A stretch of 64,000 nt of DNA from Lingula anatina (taxonomy: Eukaryota; Animalia; Brachiopoda). The first letter of the stretch is position 1; each line of letters opens with the position of its first letter. The translations under genes and the position numbers were made by a program. Shown here one piece after another: positions 53,370 through 64,000 of this stretch. Under the pieces are notes generated by a model, which did not search any database, was not told the DNA's origin, and saw only the letters and a list, made by a program, of their open reading frames with translations. The stretch lies in contig CM120648.1 of NCBI GenBank assembly GCA_051362555.1, positions 2,395,721-2,459,720 on the forward strand, given 5' to 3'.

Positions 53370-54070
53370 CTTGTTAAGGGGTCAAACGCTGCATTTTATA
53401 GTACAATGAATATTCCTTGGGGCAAATTAATTTTTTCATCCGCATAAATTATGCAAATTGGTTACCAAACTATGATATAACATAAATTTCCATCCTTTTT
53501 TTGCCTATAAACATGTATAGAATATCAAACCTTACTAAATTAGGGGCAAGGAACCCATTTTTTGACATTTTGGAAACAACTGGCGGCCATTTTGCACCTC
53601 AAATCCAAGATGGCCGCCATCCACCATTTTGAAAGTGCTTTTGCTTTTTTATGTTGATTTTTGAAGCGTTTGACTTACATATACGTGTAATATATCCATT
53701 CTTACTATTTTAGTAGTGAAAAAGTCTTTTGATATTGCTTTGGTGATAGAAATGATTTGAAGGGAGGTGTTTTGAGTAATTTTCAAGATATTTGTTCGTG
53801 AAAGCTTCAAAACCATGGATATTGACAATTCTCTTTCGAATATGTCTCAATCCATTTCTTTTCATATTAACCATCGATACTGGACTAAATTATGAAGAAG
53901 AAACTCACTTTTGGCATTATGGCCACCAAATCCAAGATGGCCGCTATAATTCCATTAGTGCCATTTTGAAAATCATCATTTAACCAACCTCAATGGCTGT
54001 TGTGAAAAAAAAAATGCACATGTGTATTTAACATAATTTTCTGCCATAGAAAACACTTACTTATCAAATT
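53370..54070. mobile_element. Probable DNA-transposon remnant between copies 5 and 6
   Basis: Block absent from the other spacers, with repeated ggcggccattttg / aaatccaagatggccgc motifs typical of TIR-element subterminal regions. Ends not resolved. Confidence 0.4.
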
Positions 54071-54894
54071 TGTGCTTCACCTAACCCTATTCAATACGGG
54101 TATGTACATGCATATAGCTACTACAGTTACTGTATATATACTACACATGCTTTGTATGCGTTTCCAAATATAGTAGTGTAATTACCGACCTAAAGAATGC
54201 CCCTAGCTCAAATATCTCACCAGAAATCAACTTTTTGGCCCATTTCGCCTCTAAAGGCACCTGTTCCTTGAGATATACCCTCCCCCCCCCCAAAAAAAAA
54301 AAAAAAAATAAATAAATAAATAAATAAATAAATAAAAAGTTATTATTTACCCTACCCTACACTGATCGGTTGAAAAAAACAAAAGATTATATCTGGCGAC
54401 TCTGCACAGAGAGTAGGCCCCCTTCTTGTAAATGTTTGTCCCAACTAACACAGCCCATGTCGTGTTTTTCGACTTAGAGCATGTTGTACCTTTTCTTTGC
54501 TATTTCAGCCTAGGGGATAAATAATAGTACACCACAGAGGGATTTTTTACCGACATTTAGTCTTTATATAAATTTTTCAACTGTTATGTGCCTTTTAAGA
54601 ATTTATAGCTTTGACAATAGTTCTGGTAATACTAGAATTTTTAGGAAACATCTTTAAATAGCTGGTATAGGTACATACTGGGTCAGTTATGCCTATGGTA
54701 GGTCGTATAGGCACCCTACTCCAGGACTTGATCTAATGACTTGATCTAATGCCAACGCATAATCTCGCCATTGTGAACTATTATGTGCAATCTTATAGTT
54801 CGATGCTTTTCTCAGTTTTTTCGAATTCAGTGTTATTTTTTTGAAATGTTTCTAATAAAGACATTTCAGAAGTTTATATTACTTTGTTATGAAG

Positions 54895-56394
54895 TTAGCA
54901 CTGAATGTTAAAATATTCAATATAATCTCGAAATTTCTCAAATATTTCCTCCTCCTTCAACCCGTACGTCTCCAAGTCGTAATGGTGACGACCATATTTA
55001 TTTTGGGGATTTTCTTTTATATACGCCTTCATCTTCGCTTCAGCTTGCTCGCTGAGATCGAGCCCAAACTTATTATAAATCTGTCTCACTGTATCTATGG
55101 GCGCTCTAACAAGATGTTCGTAGTCTATATCGACGAATCTGTGTTCTTGATGAGGGTGGTTCTTTCTGAATTCTAGGATTTCGTTCCCCGCGTGAAACAG
55201 GGGGTCGTCTAGGACGTCTCTTCCTAAAATATGAACACAGACAACTAAAACGCAATCAGAAATCTTTGACAATACAACTTAACCATACGTTATTTACATT
55301 GACAGGATCATGAAACAAATTAACAACAAAAACTTAAACAATTTTTTAATTTTACAGGTCAGAAAAAGTCTCAACAGATTATTATTTTAAAGGTTAGTAT
55401 ACTGTATTTCAAAAGTTAGTGTATTTAAAAAAGGTAAGATGAGGTTTAAGGACAAGCCCCTACCTATATCTTTGAGGTCGTAGGCACAAGTAGTGAAGTG
55501 CTGCACCAATGAGCACACGGAGGCGATCGATTTGCATGGATTGCGGTAGGTGTGAATGAACATTGCGTCCGGATACACCGCCAGGATTGCGTCCAGGTAC
55601 ACCCCGTGCATGGAATCTTTCAGAATGACGTGCTGGTCACTGCTTGCTGAGTCTAATAAAAGATGTTGATGTTGAAATTCGTTTTCAGTACGATTTAACT
55701 AAAAAATTCATAATCACATTAAATATATGAATATAAATATAAATATGCAAAAAAGTTATTTATAATTATACGACAAAGGGCGCATTCAGAACAACAGAAT
55801 AACAGATCCTTGGGTGTTTGTTAAGTAATCCTCACGGGGAATCTATTCAGTGTCTAATCGGGAATTAAGTTTTTTAGTGGGTCGCCATATTTGATCCACG
55901 GATCTTTTACTCAGGTGTTCTGAATCCGATCAAAAACATCCAAAAGAAAAGGGAGCAATTTGAGATTACTAAGTTCTATTATGTTCTGATCCTAAGTTTT
56001 GAAATAGAGAGTCGAAAAAGGTTAATCTTTTTATCATGTCTATAACGACCACATGCCTACACCTACTTCTTGCTAAAAGAATAAGCTGAAGTTGCAATCG
56101 ATGGAAACGATAGGCTTCCACCATCTCTTCCTTGGTTCGAGCGCGCACCCAGTCTCTGTATGGTCCACTGTTACCGCTTATCCCTTGGTAAGCCTTAGAT
56201 ATCCCCATATTTTCGAACAAAGGGACACACTCGTGAGGACTCTTGGCCTGGATGTTGTGAATGTTTCTAAACAGTCGCTTACCTCGGTATGCGGCTTCTG
56301 AAATATACGTATATATATGACAAAATAATTTGAGAACTCTCTTTCTTTCCAATCCCCTCTGTCTCTGTCTCTCTCTGTCTCTCTCTCTCTCTGC

Positions 56395-56451
<57 letters not shown>

Positions 56452-57270
56452 CCTGAGAGATGGTTCTCAAAAACATAAAAATGGTAATCCCATTAATCCA
56501 TTGCCTCGGCAATTGCAAAGTCAGCAAATGACGGTCAATACGGTCCACTGAATGCCCATAAAAGAACAATCCTCAAAGATTTGAAATACCAGAATCAATT
56601 GTTGGGTTTTTGTAGTTAACATGCATTAAAATAAATTCATCAATCATATTATACCTAGAAAGAAACTGAACATGAGAACACGTGGATCTTTCCCAGCGTT
56701 CACAGCGTCTGTGTTCTCCTCCACGGGGCACATCAACTCGTAGAAGAGTGGTGTAGTGTTCCGCGGGTCCTGGTACAGCAAGCTCTGCAGAAAGGTTGTC
56801 CCCGTACGCGTTGGCCCAATGATGAAAATAGGCTCCTTGATATGGCACTAAAAACGGCAATTACATGTTGAAGTTATTGTGATTGTGTCTTGTCAAAATT
56901 GCATTTACTGTTTAAGTGACAGAAAAATATTGCATTTCAATAAGCAACGCGAGTATAAAGTGCATGGTTTACATTTAAAAAAAAGAAAAAAAAAAAACAA
57001 TTGAGTAATGAAAAACCTTTATGCAGCATCATGCAATCTAAATTCTGGGTCAATTTTGAAGCTTCGTATAGTGGTACAAATGATAGCTTGCTGATCAGAC
57101 TCTATAGGGGAGACCGGGGCTAGTTGGCCCAGTTAGACACTTTTGGCCTTGTAGAGCCAACTAGGAATGAGTTAGAGTAACAAAACCGGTTTCAAAGTAA
57201 GTCCCATGAACTAAGCTACGTACGCAACGTCATTATATTTCAAATATAATGTCAGATGGCTCACAATTTG

Positions 57271-57323
<53 letters not shown>

Positions 57324-60248
57324 GCAGTTGACGTCGGGGGGCTTCAAGATCGCAAGTTGGCCCCAGAGATGGGGCAAGTTGGCCCCTATACAAAAATAAA
57401 GTAAATATTCCATGTAAACGCCTCGAAGTACATTTTTATACATTTCTGATTAATTAAATTGATTGTTGACAGTCTTTGATGAATAACTTTGAGGCCTATA
57501 AGGCTTCCTCGAAACTTCTCACATATATTTTGGGGGCAATCTACCATCCATCAGGGTCTGAAAATAAACCTATGATCCAGCAAATCATATCCTCTTCTGA
57601 TGCAATCCTGAGGGCACACCCATTTTCTGCACTGTTCTTGATCGGAGATTTTAACACACTGCCAGACCAACAGATCAAACGAACTTTCAGTCTGAGACAA
57701 ATAGTGAGAAGGGGGACACGAAAAAACACCATACTGGATAAAATATTCACCAACATAGACCAATTCTTCAAAGAGCCCGAAATTTTACCATCCATAGGCT
57801 CCTCTGACCACAATGCAGTTCTGTCCTTACCAGAAAATTACAACCGTATCCCCCGAGGTAGAGTGGAAAAGACCTACTCTCGTACATCAGGGAAAAATGA
57901 GAAAATTCTTTTTGCCGGAGAACTTACAAAAATTGACTGGACACCACTCTTTAAACTGAAGTCATGTTCCTAGCAGTTTCAATACTTTGAAAAGACAATG
58001 AATGAGCTCCTTGATACGTACCTCCCAATAAAAGAATCCGCAAAACACACTACCGACAAACCCTGGATAACCACTGACTTCAAGGATCTTACCAAACAGC
58101 GCCAGAAAGCCTTCAGAGAGGGAGACACCCAACTCTCACATAGCATCAAAAACAAACTTAACAGAACCAATAAGAAACTGAAATCATCGTTTTACAAAAA
58201 CAAAATAGAATCACTAAAACAGTCTGACTCTCCCACTTGGTAAAAGAAATCGAAAGAGCTAGCAGGTTTGAATAACAAGAAATGTTCATTAGAGTCACTT
58301 GCTGATAGCACATCAAATGGTAATTACCAGGTTCTAGTAAAAAAGATCGATGAATTTTTTCAAAGTGTTAGTAGCAATTTGACACCTCTTATACCGGCTG
58401 AAAATGTCCACCAGAACTATGTAGTACCAGATGAATTTACTATTAGTGTAAATGATGTCGAAAAACTTCTTTCTGATGTTAAGCTCTCAAAAGCTATAGG
58501 TCCTGACCAAATTCCGAATTGGGTCATCAGATATTTTACAGGCTTCCTGTCCAAGCCCTTGTGCGCAATTTTAATAGCTCTATCAGAGAGATATATGTAC
58601 CTTACACTTGGAAATCTGCAGAGGTAATCCCTGCCCCAAAAGTTAACCAACCAAAAGTGTTCCAGGCTGAACTTAGACCAATATTGCTTACACCAGTGTT
58701 GAGTCATTTGTGGCAAAATGGGTAATAGATGGCCTGAAAATCGATAGGTCCCAATTTGGAGTAGTCAAAAATAGCTCTATATATAGTACCCGCGCTCTAG
58801 TAGAGCTGACTCACAAAATACTAGAAGTTCTTGAACCATCTGCTAAAACCGAACAATGTGAATGCTTAGAATCTGTTCAAAGGAGAGCTCTTAGAATTAT
58901 TTACCCATTTTATACTTACAAGGATGCCCTACAGGCTAGTAATCTCACCTCTCTGAGAGAGAGAAGAGACGTTTTATTTAAGAACTTTTTTACAAAAATC
59001 GAGAATTTCAATAAGTTAGACTATCTGTTTAAAGAAAAGAATCCAAGAAATCTCAGGGTCAGCTTGTTTTAAAGCTTTGGTCTTTTAGTTTATAATTTTA
59101 TTTACTATTAAATACCTTATAATTTTATTTATGATACATTGTAAAACTTCAACCTTTGGGTTGCGGTTTTAGCAAAGAAATTATTATTACTAGTATCATT
59201 AATATTAAATAGTTCAAATGAGGCAGATTTATTGAGGTTTCCGTACGTCATGTTGTAGGGGAGGCCTATGTGTTGCAAGAACCAAAATATCTATCAATAA
59301 AATCTGTTTTGTTTTAATAAATAAAAAATTAATAATGGTATAAAGCAGGTTTTTAATGTATGAAAACGAATAATAATTTTCCGATTTAAAAGAAAGTAAC
59401 AAATTCAGTTTTTAACCATTGAGTTACAGCTGTAGTTTCAACAATGGTCTCTAGCTCTGTTGCGCGCAAAGGTTTGTGGCTAATATGAGGATCCAACTTG
59501 CCCCGAGTCAAGGGGGCCAACTAGCCCCGGGTGCACACTTTTTTATTTAAAGGATGGCAGCCATTTGTGGAGCTAGAATGAGCAACGATGATACATGTCT
59601 GTGAAACTTGAAACAATGAGCTTCAGTTTGATGCTCTATACATATATTACATTCGATCAAAAGCCTATGAAAATAGATTTTTAAATCTCTTAAACAAAAT
59701 TACTTTTAGGTGCAAAAATTATTTATTTCAACTCCCCGCATACGTAAAACATTTTAACGTCCGACACTTCCTCAGCATTGTAGGCTACGGTCACTTTACA
59801 AGAGTACGTGGCCATTTTTTTTTTACCTCGTAGTTACTTTTTAATAAATTGACGAGGGGCAAACTTACTCCGGGGTCCAACTAGCCCGGGTCTCCCCTAC
59901 ACTCACCTTGGTCAAGTCCACAGTCGGTAGTCGCCTAGATATAGCAAGTCTGTTCTTTATTATTTCCTTCCATCTGATTTCTATCCTCATCCTCCCAGCC
60001 ACCGAGCAGGTGTCATCTTCACGGTAACATTTCAACAGTTGAGTGAACCCCTGGTACCACCAGCGCCCAGTAAGATTGTCGGACAGCAGCAAACGGCGGT
60101 CGTTAAGAGACAGATCTCGGAGCAGGCTGTCCTCTGTGAGCGGAGTAAAGCGACGCCCCAGGACGACATGGAGTAACCAGTCTAGAAGAACGATTGCGCA
60201 GTAGCAGCAGTAGTAGCTGAAGATAAGAATATCGTTGAGTAGAGGCAT
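54895..60248 (-). CDS. Sulfotransferase copy 6 (intron 1 enlarged by a 2.8-kb nested insertion)
   Basis: GPTRTGTTFLQSLL, SPHECVPLFENMG and HTYRNP. The donor gtgagtgta and acceptor tttttag are retained. Confidence 0.82.
57107..59897. mobile_element. Tc1/mariner-pogo-type non-autonomous DNA element with a TA TSD
   Basis: TIRs GGGGAGACCGGGGCTAGTTGG / CCAACTAGCCCGGGTCTCCCC flanked by TA. The empty site cagactctatacactcacc is seen in copy 4. A related end lies at about 60771. Confidence 0.85.
57476..59190 (+). mobile_element. Decayed non-LTR retrotransposon (CR1/L2-group, APE endonuclease + RT) nested in the TA element
   Basis: APE motifs IYHP, LIGDFN, LDKIFTN and SSDHNAV; RT-proximal motifs KPWIT, KAIGPDQIP, WKSAEVIPAPK, LRPILLTPVLS and QFG; C-terminal LESVQRRALRIIYP. 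Carries stops, frameshifts and loss of the RT core, and ends in an (ATT)n tail. Confidence 0.85.
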
Positions 60249-60410
60249 GGTCAACACTCACAACCTGGGTGTAATATATATACCTGTTATATATTTTTGC
60301 TGTCACTGAAGAAAAAAACTCAGGTAACCACCCTTAGTAGTTGGAACACAATGACTGAGTGAACTATGAACTATCAAAGCAACTGAAAACAACGGAAAGT
60401 GGCGTTGCCT

Positions 60411-60640
60411 GCAGGGGCGAATCCAGTATTATTTGAAGGGGGTGTCCCCCCTACTTGGCGTGGAGTTCGGGGTCTTCTGAAGGGCCCCGAAAATGTTTGG
60501 TAACTTAGAGGGCGAACGGTGCCATTTTGTATGGTTTAGAACTACGATTCACCTAGTCAAAATTCTAATTTCAAAAGAGGGCCAGGAATCTAAGGGGGGT
60601 CAGGGTCCCCCTGACCCCCTCCCTCTAAATCCGTCACTCA
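60411..60640. mobile_element. caggggcg(g/a)atc-type MITE upstream of copy 6; related heads at about 37140, 40698, 45677 and 49361
   Basis: Interrupts gcgctgcct|cacctgg, which is uninterrupted in the other copies; degenerate TIR aatccgtcact. Confidence 0.55.
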
Positions 60641-61876
60641 CCTGGTCCTCAACTCAAACGCCTTATTAAATATAAATAGGTTCTCGCCTCAGTTGCCCTA
60701 TTGTAGATTCAATGTAGGCCTATAGACTGCTTTTTTTCAAGTTAACTGGATTTTCAGTAGGCCTATATGTAGGGGAGACCGGGGCAAGTTCGGCCCCTTT
60801 TCCTTTGATCGGTTGTAGTACAGCTGCTTGACGACGAATCTCAATGATGTGTTTTGAATAGATAGACTGCTAAATTTCCTTTTTTAATACATTGTTTTAA
60901 TGTAAAGAAAACCTTGCGTTTTAAAGAAATTTAACATGAAATAAATTTCCAACACGTGGCCGAACGTGCCCCTGCCACGTTAAGAAAATATTTATAAAAA
61001 AACAACTAGATAACAACTCCAGTGATCTTTAAACAATGTTAATATTTCCGGATAGATGCCTTAGTGTTTCACTAGAAAATGTAAGTTAATGATATGTACA
61101 TGTATTAAATATTTGAATTATAGGCTTCGTGCGTGGTTGAAAAAACGCGACAATTAAAAAGTGAAGATACAAGGCCGAACGTTCCAACCCAGGGGCCTAG
61201 AAGTAGGCCTAGAGAAACAGAAAGGATATGTAAATATGAGTTTTCTCTAGCCTACAGCGCTAGCCTTTCATCTACGTTTCTTTCATTTTTTAATTACATC
61301 TCCTAGCTTATACTGCCGTTTTAAATAACGAAACTGATATGGTCCGTGTATCAATATATTAAGTCCGCCCTACAGTTACGATGGTTAAGGTTATAGCCTG
61401 TCCTATTAGAAAATCAATATCTAGGGCGAGGCTAACCTGTACAAATGAATGGGAAGCGGATTCTATCATGGCCGGGGGATTCTGTCACATTACACCGGTA
61501 GGCCTATAGGCCTACTGGTCGTACAGTAGGCCTACATGTCATGCTGCAAATACTGAGTAGGCCTACCTCATGAATTACATGAACACCAAGAGATATAGCA
61601 AAAAAAGAGCAGACAAGGCACTCCAGTTTGTTTACCTCAAATTCAGATGCTATTTACTAGAGTTGAAGATCACTTTCTCATTTTTAATTTTCCTTTCCTT
61701 TGCATTATTTTGATGACCTTTGATCTCATGAAAAAACTCGCATCACCAGGTCACGTGGGTAGGGAATCCCTCGTCAGCCATATTGACTCATTTCACTTCC
61801 GCGAGGAAGACGCGCGTTCACGTAGCCGGTGATCAGTCCCAGTTTTACCGCTGAATGTATCAGTGATTACTTCAAA

Positions 61877-62040
61877 ATGGCATCAAATGAATTAGCAAAG
61901 AAGCTTGAAAGGCGAATGAACATAAATGAAGGCGAAGAAGAGCCGGCAGTAGCCTCCCAGTCGAAAGTTTTCAACCCGTACACGGAGTTCAAGGAATTCA
62001 CCCGCAAGCAAATACAGAATTATCAGAAAATGTTTAATGA
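61877..62040 (+). CDS. EFHD2: EF-hand domain-containing protein D1/D2 (swiprosin) homolog, exon 1; gene continues to the right
   Basis: MASNELAKKLERRMNINEG...KVFNPYTEFKEFTRKQIQNYQKMF matches the swiprosin N-terminus and FNPYTEFKEF motif; donor gtaagt at 62041. The D1 versus D2 assignment is nominal. Confidence 0.88.
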
Positions 62041-62467
62041 GTAAGTACGCACACTTCGCATACTTGAACTTAACCTTGTATCTCTAGGCTTATTCAGTGG
62101 CTTATTCGGTCAACGAAAGAAATGTAAACGTACGTTGCCTGTTGCATGATATCAACAGGGCAGCTTCACTTCTAAACTTTACAGAATATATTGTCTGGAC
62201 AGCAAATAAAAAGAGATTCTTAGATTTAGAAAAAGGCCGTTTCAAGTCTAATAGTTTAATACTTGAGATGGGAATATTCCATCTGTAATGGCTTATGTGT
62301 ATTAAGAAGATATGGCATTTAAACATTAAATATTATAGCCGAAGTGAGCAAGTAAACTTGGTAGACGCTTTCCAAAAAAGCCTGTCGAATTTGTGCTTAG
62401 AGGGGGTGTGGCAGGTTTTAGAGAGATGCATTTCAGGTTGCATCAAAGACAACGTATGTCATCCTTT

Positions 62468-62468
<1 letters not shown>

Positions 62469-62545
<77 letters not shown>
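62469..62545. repeat. (GT)n(GA)n microsatellite
   Basis: Direct reading. Confidence 0.95.
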
Positions 62546-62550
<5 letters not shown>

Positions 62551-64000
62551 GTGTAGTGGGGGGCACACACACAATACCAATAACCAACTATTAATACAGT
62601 AAATCTTTTGTTAATACATGTTTGCTGATACCATAAGGTTGAGTCAAGGGAGTATATTATTTTTGGTTTGCAAAGACCAATGATGAAGGCAGAGAAGAAT
62701 GTCTTTGTCACATGGATGATTATTGCATGATTATGAGTCTTCAATGAGAGAATTCTTGTCTCATTATCTGCCAGATCTAGCCACATGTCAAGGTGATGAA
62801 TTATATCACCCACTGTATAAATAAGTAAAGGAATGAATGGACATGCTTTCATTTTCTGTAATCTTAATCTAGATCTGTTGCCATTTTGTCTGCACAGTAC
62901 CTGCCTCAGTCATATAACATGGAAGCAAGTGAAGTTGATAGAAGTAGACATGCAAGTGAAATATATATATATAGAGGCCTGTTTCTTGTTACTCTATATA
63001 AAGGCATCTTGAATAAGTCCTTAGATAATCTTGTACAAGATGTAGTAAAGTGGTGCTACTGTCTTAACTTACTCAGAGTATTTATCATCATACAGAGGGT
63101 AAATGTTTTTTCTTTTTTTTTTTTCCTTTTTTAATTTGGAAAAAAAATTGAATAGAACTGGAAATCTGTGGTACCCATTTTCTCTCTCTCCACACCTGGA
63201 GAGTCAAATTTATTACTGAATGTAGGGTAAATCTGATATTTTTCATTCAGAAAATCACACACAGACAAAGAAACAGATTAGAAGGAGAAAACAGCTGTAT
63301 AGACCTAAATGTTTTTCCAGTCCATTTATTTATATAAGTGCTATTCCTGTGTGGAGTTGAAATGAGTCACAGGCCTCACATATCAGTAGAGTTTGAATCA
63401 GAGCAGCAGTAATAAATATCTGACACCACGCTCATGAACCCATCTTATTTGCTCACTACTCAAACACATACAACTCTTGTTTATGTTGGGACATATTGCA
63501 CCAGTTGACTAAGAGTTTACATGCTTTTTCTCTGGTAAGTAGATAGAAAACATGCCACAGTGTTTCGAACCCCCATGAATCTGTGAATGTTTGAACCCTG
63601 GTGATTGAGTTACAGGGTTGTTCTACTGAAATGTATTATACCAGTTGACTTTCAACAAGAAAGATGTACAAGTTGTCAGGTAATTGTCAACCAAGAAAAA
63701 TGTACAAGACTAGTTATCAAGTATAGTAACTTTCAGCCAAGAAAAATGTAGTTATCAGGTGTTCTGTAACAGAGTGACATTTTTTCTCCCATTTCTTCCA
63801 GTGGGTTGTATACTCAGTGGGCTATACATACTAGTATATAAGGGACTGTTTAACTCAGCAACATGGAATACACACAATTGTTTCCTGTATTTGCATCCTC
63901 ATTGCATTGCTGGTAAAGTGCATGTTTTTCAAACACACTTCCTGCTTCTCACATCACATGTTTACTGTTAGAACTGCTGTTTAAAGTTGGTAAGCCAAGT

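Noticed and set aside
37547-55176. Recurrent + strand ORF MKLALNVKIFNIISKF...
   Set aside because: It is the antisense of the conserved last sulfotransferase exon; its recurrence reflects the gene duplication and its length varies.
56845-56880. Copy 6 as a pseudogene because of deletions near the exon-2 acceptor
   Set aside because: The acceptor still reads tttttag|TGC and the exon is open; no disabling change was seen.
57273-57322. Long poly(A) as a retrocopy tail
   Set aside because: It lies inside the TA-TSD DNA element with no upstream processed gene or TSD, so it is more likely a homopolymer expansion.
57476-59072. Functional reverse transcriptase gene
   Set aside because: It has multiple stops and frameshifts, and the catalytic RT core is missing.
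34081-60248. Bacterial contamination or an operon as the source of the sulfotransferases
   Set aside because: The genes have spliceosomal GT-AG introns, host-type transposons and microsatellites, and are contiguous with metazoan genes.

Overview
AT-rich, intron-containing animal genomic DNA. The repeat content suggests a marine invertebrate, possibly a mollusc (inference). Genes read by splicing exons by hand: the 5' part of INTS11 (-) head-to-head with CPTP/GLTPD1 (+); a ZCWPW1-like CW+PWWP chromatin reader (-) head-to-head with the 7SK methylphosphate capping enzyme MEPCE (+); a small possible orphan gene (+); six tandem, apparently intact, 5-exon genes for bacterial-type (Sulfotransfer_3-like) PAPS-dependent sulfotransferases (-); and exon 1 of EFHD1/2 (swiprosin, +). 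Both head-to-head pairs are also head-to-head in human (from recall). Introns and spacers carry Helentron-type HINEs, a CMC/EnSpm-type element, Harbinger-like and 5-bp-TSD MITEs, a TA-TSD element with a nested decayed LINE, and many microsatellites. The most unusual signals are the diversifying sulfotransferase array, the two ancient bidirectional pairs, an 8x tandem array of a MEPCE 3' splice site, and a 12-nt INTS11 microexon.
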